The notes: generated by a model from the letters alone, not told the origin. 63,445 nt of DNA, filler included, from Octopus bimaculoides (GCF_001194135.2; 4 parts of 3 records of this genome joined end to end with filler, not necessarily neighbours in it); one strand, 5' to 3'. Positions 1-12,680 are shown, numbered from the whole stretch's first letter. A program made the numbers and translations.

Positions 1-26
1 ACATACATACATATATATACTCATAT

Positions 27-183
27 ACGACGGGCTTCTTTCAGTTTCCGTCTACCAAATCCACTCACAAGGCTTTGGTCGGCCCGAGGCTACAGTAGAA
101 GACACTTGCCCAAGGTGCCACGCATTGGGACTGAACCCGGAAGCATGTCGTTCGTAAGCAAGCTACTTACCACACAGCCACTC
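27..183 (-). mobile_element. tRNA-derived SINE, family A (OK-like), head half
   Basis: Reverse complement reads tRNA-like head (gtggctgtgtggtaag...gggttcagtccc) plus the CORE-like motif ggcaccttgggcaagtgtc; near-identical to 17430-17600 and 20500-20666. Confidence 0.85.
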
Positions 184-335
184 ATATATATTTATCTATC
201 CATCTAGCTCTCTTTCACACACATACACACACTCTCTCTCTTCATTTCTCTCATGCACGTTTAAATATGTGTATGTATGTATGTATGTATGTATGTATGT
301 GTGTATTTATGTATACGCACACACAAATGCAGGTA

Positions 336-398
<63 letters not shown>

Positions 399-544
399 CA
401 TAAATGTATATATTTATACATTTGTAGGCGTTCACGCGTTTGTGTATGAGTGTATGTGTGTATGTGAGTGTGTGTGTGTATGTGTGTGTGTGTATATCCA
501 TCTGTCTGTGTGTGTGCGTGTATGCATGAAATTTACGAATTATT

Positions 545-980
545 TGTCCTGTCCAAAGAAACACCTATTTGTCTACATTTTCGATTATGACGTCACAATA
601 TCAGTGAATTTTGTCGAAAGTTTTGGTTTCAGAACATCTTCACTTTCTCTCAACTTTTCAGTGGTTAGACGCTAGCTAATGGGTGTGCTAGAGCTGCCCT
701 CACCCAAACACTTGAAGACTAATGTCAAATGAGAGTAACCTCACTTTGCTTTTGGTGTTTGTGGTGATGTTTTAACGCACCTTTGTGTTCTTAAAAATCC
801 ATTGTTACATGTTGGTTGGTGACACAACATAGGTACAACATACATGGTAGCGTAATTGTAACAACCGTGGCTAAGCAATTTCAGTACAGGAAACCTAGAG
901 TTTCCGACCATAAACATATTGGCCTACTTCACTCTCGATACATTCACACAGAATTTTAAATTGTAAACTAATGGGCATAG
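545..980. repeat. Old diverged duplication, copy 1 (copy 2 = ~5265-5532 + 6029-6225)
   Basis: Collinear shared words: gattatgacgtcaca, aaatgagag, ggtgtttgtgg, gcaccttt, catgttggttggt, ttccgacca, attgtaaact. Confidence 0.7.
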
Positions 981-1021
981 CTACACAAGTGTGCCCCTCT
1001 ACCACCATCACCAGATTGTTT

Positions 1022-1140
1022 CCTCATAACTTCCTGGAAAATGGATAATCTTTTAATGAAAATTTTCTACAAATGCGTTTCTGATGGTGTAGATTACGAT
1101 TACATTAGAATTTAGTATGAAAACTTTTTCCGAAAATGGT
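1022..1140. repeat. Unclassified interspersed repeat fragment (related copy ~4245-4325)
   Basis: Shared cataacttcc...aaat...gatggtgtagatt between the two positions. Confidence 0.5.
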
Positions 1141-1726
1141 GCGAGAGGGTTTTCATATAATTCGCATGCATCGATTTTGTTTCCTCATATGTTTTGAGGA
1201 TGTTAAGTACAATTATGTAGAAAAAAATTACTTTTTAGAAGAATTTCACCCAGACGCGCATAGATGTACACGCAAAAGAATCTTACATAAACGTATGAAA
1301 TACCTGCTAAGTATCAACAATGAGACATCTACATTATAACTAGACAACCTATTGCTTTTATGTAAGTATGCTTTGATGAGGCGATTCCAGATTGACATCT
1401 CTTCAAGTAGCGCCTTGTTTGTTTTTTTTTATATCTACGATTGATCTAGTTTGTAATCCACAAATTGGAAAAAGCAGGCTAATTCCTCTCAATCCACAAA
1501 GTACTCTCTTCTGCATGTATAAAGAAATACGTATACTACAAACCAAAGTGCTAGACAATGGCGCCATTGACAGATCTGCTATAAACAGCGGGCAAGTCTC
1601 CCTTAAATCATAGACTGTGATTTGTGCATAAACCATACAAGTAAACTGCTATTTGGTAGCTTAAACTCGTAATGTTAAACACTTTATTATTGTATCACAT
1701 CTTAATATCCTGAGCTTGCATATAAA

Positions 1727-1944
1727 TGTTATGTCTCAATACTACACAGGGGCTGTGTGAGCATCTTATCTTCGTCGCCACTGTTATGTCTCAAGCTACT
1801 GCTATCTAGCACCTTCGGATGAGCTCTACTCAACCGCTACACAACTGCTACTCGACTGCTACTCAACACCTACCACGGCCAGACTACCTCTATTTATATG
1901 TCTTGGGAGATCCTACTTCTTCACCTGGGGGCATCGACACAACA
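1727..1944. mobile_element. Possible solo LTR
   Basis: Ends TGTTATG...CACAACA (imperfect inverted termini, TG..CA); flanks ATAAA/ATAAT match 4/5. Confidence 0.35.
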
Positions 1945-2477
1945 ATAATATATTGGTATGAACCAAAGAAGGAACTAATACATGACATCTCTTATCAGAA
2001 AATTTAATTCAGTTGTTGGGCTAGAACGGAGTGCAATACCCGTGATTTTTGCCATTAATGTTCCTCTGAACAATTGTTAATCAGCACCTGAAGGAAAGAT
2101 AAGAAGAGAGGAAAATCCAGAGAGCTGACAATAAGGGAAGGAAGATCTGGCTCTAGCGATTAGTGCGGGAACTGAAATGATTAGATACGACAGGGGTGAT
2201 GAGAGAAAGAGAGACAAATGGGATAGGAATGCTTGAGTGAAGAAGACGGAATGAACCCAACCAGCCCCAGTAAGCAATCCATTATATTAACAGAATAAAT
2301 ATCAGAGTGAAGAGGCAGCTCGCCTATGAGTAAGAGATTGGTGAGAGTCTGTGGGTGACACTCGGTCAGTCAATCTGGTTGGGTGGTCGCTTTTCTGGAA
2401 CGGTTCCAATATGTTTGTGTATGCATTGTGAGTCTCATTTGACCTTTATAGATACCGTCAATATTACTACTGTATTA

Positions 2478-2690
2478 GGTGGCGAGCTAGCAGAATTGTT
2501 ACTGTGTCTGAAAAAAGACTTAGCGGCATTTCTTCTGACTTTACTTCTCAGTTCAAATACTGCCAGGATCGACTTTACCTTTCATCTTTATGGGGTCGAT
2601 AAAATAAGTATTAATTGATCTATGGGGGTGGGGTCGATACGACTTTACCCTTCCCCTGAAATTGCTAGCCTCGTGCTAAAATTTGAAACT
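2478..2690 (+). mobile_element. SINE family B (ggcggcgagctggcag head; gcctttcatcctttcggggtcgataaa central domain)
   Basis: Representative copy. Others at approx. 4967-5180(+), 6320-6480(-), 6870-7045(-), 22268-22392(+), 24035-24250(+), 24280-24490(+), 32140-32372(+), 36715-36890(-), 40230-40960(+, three), 50260-50465(-), 57385-57595(+), 61205-61420(+). Confidence 0.8.
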
Positions 2691-2789
2691 AATTTTTAGC
2701 TAATATTACTTATTGTGCACGTATGTGTGTGTGTGTGTGTGTGAGTGCGTGCGCACGTATGTATCTATGTTCATATTCTGCATAAAAGG

Positions 2790-3235
2790 TAACTTCAAGG
2801 AACTGTAGATCAATGTGAAGCACCGAGAAGAACTAGCTTTGGAAAGTGATGACTGGAGGAAGCGTATAGAGGCGAAACGGTTGTAAAACTTTTGAAGAGG
2901 GTCACCTTGAGTACGAAAGCCTAAAGCGCTGGCTTCGGGGTGACTGTTATCAGAACATAAATAAGAACATAATGTGTGAAACGTGTGAAACGTGTGAAAT
3001 GTGTGAAACGTGTGACCGTGCATTTCTTTCCAAAATTGAGTGTGTCAACCAACTAAAGTTCAATGAAAGATCAACTGAGCAACATTCTCCCTCTTAGACT
3101 GTGAGATTCTTCGTGTTTGGTGAGTGAAAGTCGACTGGCTCCGGGGGTGACTCATCAGAACATAAATAAGAACATAGTGTGTGAAACGTGTGACCGTGCA
3201 TTCCTTTCCAAGACTGGGTGTGTCTCCGCCTTGGT
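2790..3235 (+). mobile_element. RTE-clade LINE 3' coding remnant with duplicated C2H2-like zinc finger
   Basis: Broken translation EELALESDDWRKRI...ESLKR followed by CETCDRAFLSK; the finger block occurs twice (~2930-3060 and ~3135-3235). Confidence 0.65.
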
Positions 3236-3615
3236 AAACGTCTTCACGTTTCACCTGAAAAGAAAGGTGGAGCTAGAGAGAAGGTGTCTATCACAGAGTG
3301 CATTTCGAAAACGATGGACGCGAGTTGCACGTATGTTGGGAATGAAAGGCCCTTCGTGAACATAGCATAAGGAAAAACACAAGGGGTCGGTTAAAAAGGC
3401 AGAGCTCGTGGGGTCGGTCTGTCTTTTTAACCTCATTTTTTGTCCTTAACGTTTGTTATTATCTTTTGTGTCCCAATTCGATAAATTCATGTTTATATAA
3501 ATTTTTTTCATTTCGTGTTATATAACCCCCGCCCCAGATCATATTGTACTGTCCCCTCTGTGTTCGTCCTTCATGGATATTACATTGGTTCGCATCCAGC
3601 TAAAACATTAATTAT
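3236..3615 (+). mobile_element. Tx1/L1-like LINE ORF2 C-terminus and 3' UTR
   Basis: FHLKRKVELERRCLSQSAFRKRWTRVARM-stop resembles L1/Tx1 ORF2 ends; followed by a T-rich UTR. Family assignment is from memory. Confidence 0.5.
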
Positions 3616-4327
3616 TCTCACCGTGAATGTAAACCAAATTCCAACTTTTCCGAACTATGCAAAAAACATGAATCGGTGTAGATGAAAAAGACAAACTAAA
3701 TACGCATACATTATACATTTAAATTTTCATTAAATACATTAATTAATACATTAAACGCTGGATAGTTTAGCTGGACTAGAGTGTAATTAATATCTTAAAT
3801 AAGCTTTAGCATAACGCTACTAGGATAATAACGTTAGTGTCAGATTTAAATAATTTCACAGAGTTATTTCCCTTAGACTGTTTAGTCAAACGTATTTTCT
3901 GCGTTTCATATCTTGGGGGGGNNNNNNNNNNNNNNNNNNNNNNGTGTGTGTGTGTGTGTGTGTGTGTCTCTGTGTGTGTGTGTGTGTGTAGTCTCTTCGC
4001 GTTATTGGACCGCGATTGTGCTGGAACACCACTTTGTCGGATTAATCGAACGCTAGTATAAATTTTAAAACTGGTACGTGTTACTTATACCATCGGTTTT
4101 CTTAGCGCTGAAATGATAAGTCACAGGCGCGTAAACCAACCAACACTGGTTGTCAAGCGGTGCAGAGGGGCAAATACACTCGCACACATACACACACACA
4201 CGCGCACACGCGCACGCACACCCAAACACACACCCGACTTCCTTCCCGCATAACTTCCAGAGAAAAAAAATCTTCAGTATGACATTTTCAGCAAATATCC
4301 TTCAGATGGTGTAGATTCCATAAGATT

Positions 4328-4642
4328 GTGGAAGAGCTGGTTTTGCCGGATGAGACGAGATTGAGGATTGTTGCGGAGGGCAGACCTCCAATATGCTTTT
4401 TGTGCGGATTAAGGGGACATATGAAGGCCAAGTATCCCCAGAAACATGAGGAGGAAATCACAGAAAAAGAAATTCAAGAAGAAGAGAGTTCAGCCACAGA
4501 AGAAGAGAAAATTGAGGAGCAATTTACGGTGGTTAAAAGAAAAAAGAACGTAGAATCTCCACCAAAAAAGACCCAAGGAGAAAAAAAAGAAAGACAAACG
4601 AAGAGGAGAACAAGAAAGAAAATAGAAAAAATGGAAAACTAA
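4328..4642 (+). mobile_element. LINE ORF1 (gag-like) fragment with degenerate CCHC knuckle
   Basis: GRPPICFLCGLRGHMKAKYP fits CX2CX4HX4C with the last C changed to Y; then an E/K-rich tail. Confidence 0.6.
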
Positions 4643-5532
4643 ATGAAAAATCAGGCGAAGCGCGAACGCACGAACCGTCGCCTTCAACTAGCAAGGAAGA
4701 AGGAGTACGAAGGAAGAAGGAGTACGAAGGAAGGAAGGAAACGAAAGAGACAGCGAATTAGAGACAGAGACATTTATGACGGACAAAGAGAGATTTGGGG
4801 AAAAAAGTGTGGATTATACTCGAGGATTTACGGTATTTATTTTATTATAAATACAAAACAACACTACGGAGGAATCGCGATAGATGAATCGTGATATGGC
4901 GAGACAAACAAACGCATATATATGAATATTTGTATATCATACACAGATTAATACGCATATAAATAAGGCGGTGAGCAGGCAGAATTGTTAGCACGCCTGG
5001 CACATCTTTATGTTCTGAGTTCAAATACTACCGAGGTCGATTTTGTATTTCATCCTTTCGGGGTCGATAAAATAAGTAACAGCTTTGTACTGGAGTCGAT
5101 ATAATCTATTTAAAAAATCTGTGACTGAGATGGAATAGATCCTTTCCCTTAAAATTGCTGGCCTTGTGCCAAAATTTGAAACTAATATAAATACCTAAAT
5201 GTATATATTCGTGCGCGTGTGTGTGAGAGTGTGCGCGCGCGTGTAAAAAATTTAAGAAATATTTGTCTTGTCACAAGAAACACGAGTGTTTCTTTCTTGT
5301 GATTATGACGTCACAGTACCAATAACTGATTTTTTTTATTTACCATAAAGGTAGAAACAAAGAGAGGACTGACATTTCCAACTCCAGCCTCCCGCAGCGA
5401 TTACAAGTTACGGAATGTGTGCACCAGGGGGCGCTCACCTAAACATCAGAAGACCAGTGTGAAATGAGAGCCATCTTCACCTTGTTATTGGTGTTTGTGG
5501 GGCTGTTTTATGCACCTTTGAGTTCTTAAATA

Positions 5533-6026
5533 CCGTAAATCCTCGAGTATAATCCGCATTTTTTTCCCCAAAATTTAAAGGTCAAAATCCCTAGTGCGTA
5601 CTATATACGAGGTTAAAAATGAAAAATAATTTTCTAAGCAATGTCCGAGTCTCTATTTGTTGTTCGGCAATGTTTATTCAGACGCATTTTGTGATGTCAG
5701 GCTTGTAACTGATAGTGATAAATATGTAAAGGCAATTTACTTAATATTGATTTTTCCCTGACGTTATTACTGTTATTTCTTTATTTTCTGCAAACAAAGT
5801 GCACAAAAAAGCTACACGTTTGCATTATGTTATATATACAATAATAATAAAGGACATTACCGTATATATGTTTACAAACCAAGGACGTTATATAGACCTC
5901 CTTGACTCAAGTTAGAGAAGGTGTGCGTATTATACACAAGGTTTAGGTTTTTCAGAGGTACAGCCTCCACCCTAAAATTCCCCTGCGTATTATACTCAAG
6001 GGCGGACTATACTCGAAGATTTACGG
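5533..6026. mobile_element. Tc2/pogo-like non-autonomous DNA transposon (MITE)
   Basis: TIRs CCGTAAATCCTCGAGTATA / TATACTCGAAGATTTACGG, TA on both sides; absent from the paralogous segment near 800. Confidence 0.85.
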
Positions 6027-7508
6027 TACTTAAACAGCTACTGCGACATGTTGGTTGGTAGCATGACGTAGTTACAAGATGTATGATAGTGTTACTGTAA
6101 CGTTATGAACTTCTAACCATGCAATTTCGCTACAACAAACCTGGAGGGTTCCGACCAGAAGCATATACTTCTCTCTCGATGCATTCACAGAGAATACTTT
6201 ATTGTAAACTTTGTGACTATAAAGGGAATGTGACATTAAATAACAATAAAATGTGATGAACACGAAATCATCCTAACTCTTTAACAGGGCCAGCAATATT
6301 GAAAGGAAGAGAAATCGATTACAACGAAAGCAGTATTCAACCGGTAATTATTTCATTGGCCTCGAAAGGATGAAAGGCGAAGTCAACCTCGGCGGAATTT
6401 GAACTCAGAACGTAAAGAGCCGGAAGAAATGCAATTAAGCATTTTGTCCGGTGCCTTAACGATTTTGCTAGCTCGCCACCTTCATAGTCACGAAATAACG
6501 GTTGTTTATACGTATAACAAATGAATATGACTATAAACATGGTGGGTGTTTAAATAAAATATACTTTTGTGTCTATTAAAATGCTGGAAATTATTTTCTC
6601 CAGCTTTTCTTCCATTGGTTTTCCGATACACTTCAGATATTGCAAAAGTTACAAGCACAAATTAGAATACAGCTTTGGTTTACAACTGTGCATGTTTGGG
6701 CCTGTATATAGAATTACATACAGTACACATCTATCAGCCACTCTCTCTCTCTAACTCTCTCTCTCTCTCTCTCATCACAGAAGCAAAGCACACGCACATC
6801 CGACAGCAAGTTGTGCTAGAAATAGCAAGCAAAAATGTGTGTTTCTGATTCATTAAAGCAACAAGCTAGTAGAATCGATGGCACGCCGGGCGAAATGCGT
6901 AGCAACATTTCATCCGTCTTTACGCCAAGATCGACTTTGTTTTTCATCCTTTTGGAATCGATAAAAGTACCAGTAGAATAATCAATTTCCCCACCTCCAC
7001 CCCGCACCGAAATTGCTGGCCTTGTGCTAAAATTTGAAACCAATATTACAATATTACGCTTAAGAAAAGACCGTTCCCATCGGGTTTTAATAAAATGGTT
7101 CATACTGAGTTATGTCCCTTGCACTGCTATTCAAATGTTTCATTTAATTTTTTTTTGTTTTGCCTTCTCATTTTCATATCTTGACTAACGGGATCCGTGG
7201 AAATTCCATGATGTAAGTCAACATAGTTGAGAATATTATGTTAGTATATCAAACAAAAGGAATTTCATAAAATTCTTTTGATATCCAGTCATTTAATCAA
7301 TAACTCGGTTGCACACATGATCAAGCCGTTGTTATGTCGTGACTTAGAATCTGCAATGTGGCAACGCGTGTTCGCGTCCTGCTAGTTTCAAATCTCAATT
7401 ATCCACTATCAAATATACAACACATACTGGCATGTTTTGACTTCTTTCTTGTTCACACAAGTGAAATCAAAAGAACAAATTCATAAACAATTTGCCTGTC
7501 CAAAGTAT

Positions 7509-7956
7509 TGTAGTGACGCGAATTATAGCCGCCATTGAGGAAGTACTATTCTGCGCATGCGCAAGAGACTTCACCACCGGAAGCCCCTCGAGTGCGCATG
7601 CGTAGTAAAACTAGTACTTAACGAGTGAGTTTCACTTTGTTAGGCAGTTGAGCGACAGACCTTCTACATGACAACTCCTCACTCCTCAACGAAGCACTCT
7701 TCACCACGATGCCTTCGATGGTGATAGCTCCTTGCTTCTCTGGCAGGCATCAAGGAAGCTCTTAACTTTCCAATACCAACTACAACCTAATCAGCGGCTG
7801 CTAAGCTGAATGACAGGAACTGTAAAATCAAGCATCATCAAAAATAAAAAATTTTTATTATGTTGTTAAATTGTTCTACTGTTCCTTAATATAGAATTAT
7901 GTTGAAAGGTGATAGAGAGAGACTAAAGTCTCTATGACAACTATCAAACTTTTACA
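7509..7956 (+). mobile_element. Solo LTR (Gypsy-like, 4-bp TSD)
   Basis: TGTAGT...TTTACA, perfect GTAT TSD (7505-7508, 7957-7960), internal AATAAA; the joined flanks match the uninterrupted duplicate at ~8377-8410. Confidence 0.85.
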
Positions 7957-10651
7957 GTATTTTCGTAAGTTTGTCCTAAACGTCCAAGCTTGTCTTCATA
8001 CTTTTAGTTAGCCTTTGTTTTATATGTTCTGAATATTATCTTTTTTCTGGTGGTTGAAAAAAATTTGGTCATGTGTATCATATATTCATGGATGCCAAGG
8101 AAAAAGATTAAAGATACATTTTATATCGAATTTTATACATTATATTTTAGATTACTGGTACAATTCCATCGAATGAGTTTCAGCACAGTTACCGTCTGCT
8201 CTAAATTTCATTTACTTTTTTTCCTCTTTTCCCTTCTTTACTAGTTTACCATCCAGAATTCACCCCAGACATGAATAAGCAAAAATAGTTTTGCATACGA
8301 CTCTATTTATTGCATAACATCGACAGCCATAAATTGATTCGACATTAGTATCCTTAAGAAATCGACATTAAACCTTTGCCTGTCCAAAGAGTTTTCATGA
8401 GTTTGTCTTAAACGTTCGTGTTTATTTTCAGACGGTTAGTTAGTCCTTGTTACATACGTTGCAATATAAAGCTTTTCTTTCATAAGACCAAAGTTATTCT
8501 ATGGTTGAAAAAATTTAAGACTATGTATCATATATGATGCATGGATGCCAGAGAAATATGTCCTGCGTATGACAGGCAAAGGTTCATCCAGTGTTCCTCG
8601 TGTGAAGACTGAAAAAGGAGCAGGCAAATTGTCATGATTGAAATTAAGAAAGCTTCTAACTTTTTAAACCTGTCCAACACCATAGGAAGGAAAGAATGAT
8701 ATGGATGAAAATTCTATTTAGTTTTCTCATTAATAAAATTAATAAAGAAGGAAGAGAACAAAAATTTAGTTATTTAGGTGAGAGAGAGAGAGGGTGGAGG
8801 GAGAGGTGGAGAGAGAATGAGGGAGAGAGAGAGACGGAGAGAGAGAGACGGAGAGAGAGAGAGGGAATGATGTGCTATCAGTTAATTTGAGAACAGTTGC
8901 ATTAAACTACTTCCGTTCTTTGTGTGTTTAATAAGTTCGCGTTCGGTCCCACTGTCTGCACTTTGGGCAAGTGTCTTCAACTATAGCCCCATGCCGACCA
9001 ATGACGGAAAATGTGGAAGTCCGTCTCACACACACACACACACACACACACACGTGTCTATTTATGTTTGTGGTCTCCACCCATTACTTGACAATCGGTA
9101 TTAGTTTAGGCTCATTTGGCTGTCACCTTTCAATTTTGTTCCAAGGGATTTCAAATTTGGTGTATTGATGCAGTTTTGTATCCTAATTATTGACATGAAA
9201 TTCATTTTCGCCTTAAATCAATAAATAAACATTTAATAGCTATTAAAATTTGCAAATTTTAGTTAATTTTAGTCAGTCAAAAGCCACAGACACATAGGAG
9301 CATGTTTCTATGGTAACAAGCAAAGCATTGGAACTCTTGTTTACGAAAACACAGGAGTGTTTACAGACTGATATTTTATGCTGTATTTTCCTGCTTGTTG
9401 CTGTTTTTGGATATTTGACGTTACATTTTCGATACCTACCTCTTGAATGCTTAAAACAACAAAATATGTGTTGTTTACTCGTTTTTTGGTCATTTTTCGC
9501 TTAAAACACGTGCTATCGTCGCAATATTGACATTATTGTTTTGTTGTCTTACGAATAAAGTCACGCACAAAATGACAGCTTCCAAATTCTGTTTTCTGAC
9601 TGGGTAAAAATGATCAAACTTTAAACCTTTGTAACTTTTTTTTTAAATTTCTGGATCAAATAAATTAAGACCAGAGATTCAGCAAGAAAAATTACATCAA
9701 TACATCAAATTTGAAAATTTTCACTTAATTTTAAAATTTCAAAAAGTGCAACCAAACAAAACATCGAACATTAAATACGGGATCTCTTTCGACAAAAACC
9801 GCTCAAGGCGGTACCCCAGCATGTATGCAGTCCAATGAAGGGAACAAGAAACAGATAACAGATGAACGTGAAATATCAGGTCATTAAGAATGAAATGTCC
9901 AGTTTTGANNNNNNNNNNCAAAAAGCAATGCAGTTAATAAAAGTATGCACCTAAATTATCAACACAATTTTGCCATTTTATTGGTATCTTATTTAAGCTA
10001 CAGCGAAGAATTCTGGAGAGCAAGAGGTGATGAAATCACGAAAGGCTGTTTTTGCATCTTCTTCAGATTTGAAGTTTTTTCCTTGCAAAAAGTTGTCTAA
10101 TGCCTGGAAAACATGATAGTCAGTTGGTGCAAGGTCTGGTGAATACGGTGGATGACAAAGTACTTCCAAGTTCAGTTCCTGTAACTTGAGTAGCGTTCTT
10201 TGTGCAGCATGTAGTCGAGCATTGTCTTGCAAGAGAATTGGCCTGTCTCTATTGACCAATCTCGGTTGTTTAAATGCAAGTTCACTCATCATTTCATCCA
10301 ATTGGTTGATGTATACATCCGTTGTAATTGACTTACCAGGTCTCATGAAGCTGTTGTGGATGACACCAGCGCTGGACCACCAAACAGATACCATTAGCAT
10401 TTTTTGGTGAATATTCTTTTTGGCATTGTGTTTTGGCATTTCGTCTCTATCCAACCACCGTGCAGAAAGCTTGCTATTGTTGAAAAAAATCCATTTTTCA
10501 TCACACGTAAAAATACGATGCAAAAATTGTTCGTTTTTATGCCGTGACAGCAAAGAACAGCAAGTTTCAAGACGACATGTCATTTGATGCTCGTTCAATT
10601 CGTGTGGTACCCACTCGTCCAGCTTCCTTACCTTGTCGCTTTGTTTCAGAT

Positions 10652-10819
10652 CAGGGGCGGACTGAGCCGTCAGTCAATCGGACACTGCCCGGAGTTCTGA
10701 AGAACCAGGCAGTCTACATGTTGACTCTACTAATCATGTTAACTCTACAAAACACACATTCAAAGAGGCCCGGTAAACAGTTATGCCTGAAGGCCCTTAA
10801 TACTCTCAGTACGCTCCTG
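10652..10819. mobile_element. hAT-like MITE nested in mariner
   Basis: TIR CAGGGGCGGACTGAG / CTCAGTACGCTCCTG; 8-bp TSD TTTCAGAT/TTTTAGAT; removing it restores the transposase LDHLKQ-SDKVRKLDEWVPH. Confidence 0.85.
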
Positions 10820-11086
10820 TTTTAGATGGTCCAATACAGTTGGAATCGTAACATCAAACCTTGCTGTTAACTCACGCGTAGTTTGAGATGTATCCACTTC
10901 CTCTACAGTTTCCACCTTCGTCTCAGGTCTACCGCGGGGCTGATTTTCAGGAGTAAAACCACCAGACCGGAACATCTCAAAACATCAACGTACATCTTCA
11001 CCAAACACTTCATTGATGTTTCGAGTTGTCTGGGATGCATTGGTTCCACGACGGAACTCATATTCATAACACAAATTTTTTATCTA

Positions 11087-11278
11087 AGGCGGCGAGCTGG
11101 CAGAAACGTTACGTTCTGAGTTCAAATTCCGCCGAGGTCGACTTAGCCTTTCATCCTTTCGGGGTTGATAAATAAAGCACCAGTTACGCACTGGGGTCGA
11201 TGTAATCGACTTAATCCCTTTGTCTGTTCTTGTTTGTCCCCTCTATGTTTAGCCCCTTGTGGGCAATTAAGAAATAAC
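11087..11278 (+). mobile_element. SINE family B nested in mariner 5' coding region
   Basis: ggcggcgagctggcag head and tail gggcaattaagaaata interrupt the transposase N-terminus. Confidence 0.85.
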
Positions 11279-11744
11279 AAATGTTTGATCTATCCATGGG
11301 TTCACAAAAATTGATTTACAAGAGAAAACTCACAATATAATCAGTCACCATGAAATGCATTTCAAAAAGTTATGATGTAATTCTTCAACTGTCAGGATAA
11401 AACATTAGAGTTAACGACTGTCAAACTTGGTGCATAAGAAAATCGGACATTTCATTCTTAATGACCTGATAAAAATATTATCCAACAAACATTTTTTTCT
11501 GAAGATGCGGTATCAGTCACATCTCCAAATAACTATCTATGTGCCCATACCTCAAGGCAGCACTGCCCGTACCTTTGTTTAAGAACCCTCGTCTTAAGAA
11601 CGTGCTCGTTTTCCTTGCGGACAAAATGTCGACCGGATAGACAATACATCACTCAAGAACCTTTAGACCAACTTTTTCGATTCATTGCTAGAAACAACAG
11701 TTAAAACCGCTCTATCAAATCACATCCTATAAACTTAATGGTTT

Positions 11745-12680
11745 CAAATTTTGGCACAAGGCCAGAAATTTCGGGAGTGGTGGTGGAGTATGACGATTAT
11801 ATTGACCCCGGTGTTCAACTGGTACATATTTTATCAACCTCGAAAGGATGAAAGGCAAAGTCGACCTCGGCAGAATTTGAACTCAGAACGTAAAGACAGA
11901 CGAAATGCCGCGAAGCATTTTCCTCGGCGTGCTAACGATTTTGCCAGCTCGCCGCCTTATATATCATCTTAGATATAATGGCTTCAAATTTTGACAGAAG
12001 GCCAGCAATTTTAGGGCACAGAGTAAGATGATTTCATCTACTCCAGTGTCCAGCTGGTACTTGTCTTATCGACCCCGAAAGGATAAAAGGCAGAATCGAC
12101 CTCGGTGGAATTTGAACTCAGACCGTAATGGTGCAAGATAATATAGTCCTGTATACTTCCATAAAGAAGAATGGCTTTGATAGTAAGTCTCCTCCATGAA
12201 GGACAACAAAAACGATCTTTGTCTATTATTGACCTTGGTCCAAGGTGGGCGAGATGGCAGAAACGTTAGCACGCCGGGCGAAATGCTTAGCGGTATTTCG
12301 TCTGTCTTTACGTTCTGAGTTCAAATTCCGCCGAGGTCGACTTTGCCTTTCATCCTTTCGGGGTCGATAAATCAAGTACCAGTTACGCATTGGGGTCGAT
12401 GTAATCGACTTAATCCCTTTGTCTGTTCTTGTTTGTCCCCTCTCTGTTTAGCCCCTTGTGGGCAATAAAGAAATAAGAAACGTTAGCACGCTGGGCGAAA
12501 TGCTTAGCGGTATTTCGTCTGTCTTTTATGTTCTGAGCTCAAATTCTGCCGAGATCGATTTTGCCTTTCATCCTTTCGAGGTCGATTAATTAAGTACCAG
12601 TTGCATACTGGATCGATCTAATCGACTGACCCCTTCCCACCAAAATTGCGGGCCTTGTGCCTACAGTAGAAAAGATTATT
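11745..12680. mobile_element. Cluster of four family B SINEs (two minus, two plus)
   Basis: Minus copies ~11745-11958 and ~11980-12130; plus copies ~12245-12480 and ~12477-12680. Confidence 0.8.

Larger units (their letters stand above)
9874..11471 (-). mobile_element. Full-length decayed mariner (DD34D) transposon
   Basis: Matching TIRs TATCAGGTCATTAAGAATGAAATGTCC at both ends. Translation gives YEFRRGTNA (HTH), KLDEWVPHEL, TCDEKW, LQDNARLH, HPPYSPDLAPTDYH. Contains stops and two nested insertions. Confidence 0.95.

Noticed and set aside
307-675. YI/HT/CV/poly-N/poly-D ORFs here and at 35523, 35969, 51484, 53684, 56592, 57981
   Set aside because: Translations of microsatellites or of N gaps; no coding evidence.
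3120-3160. Minus-strand CTGATGA hammerhead candidate
   Set aside because: No GAAA after the putative stem II.
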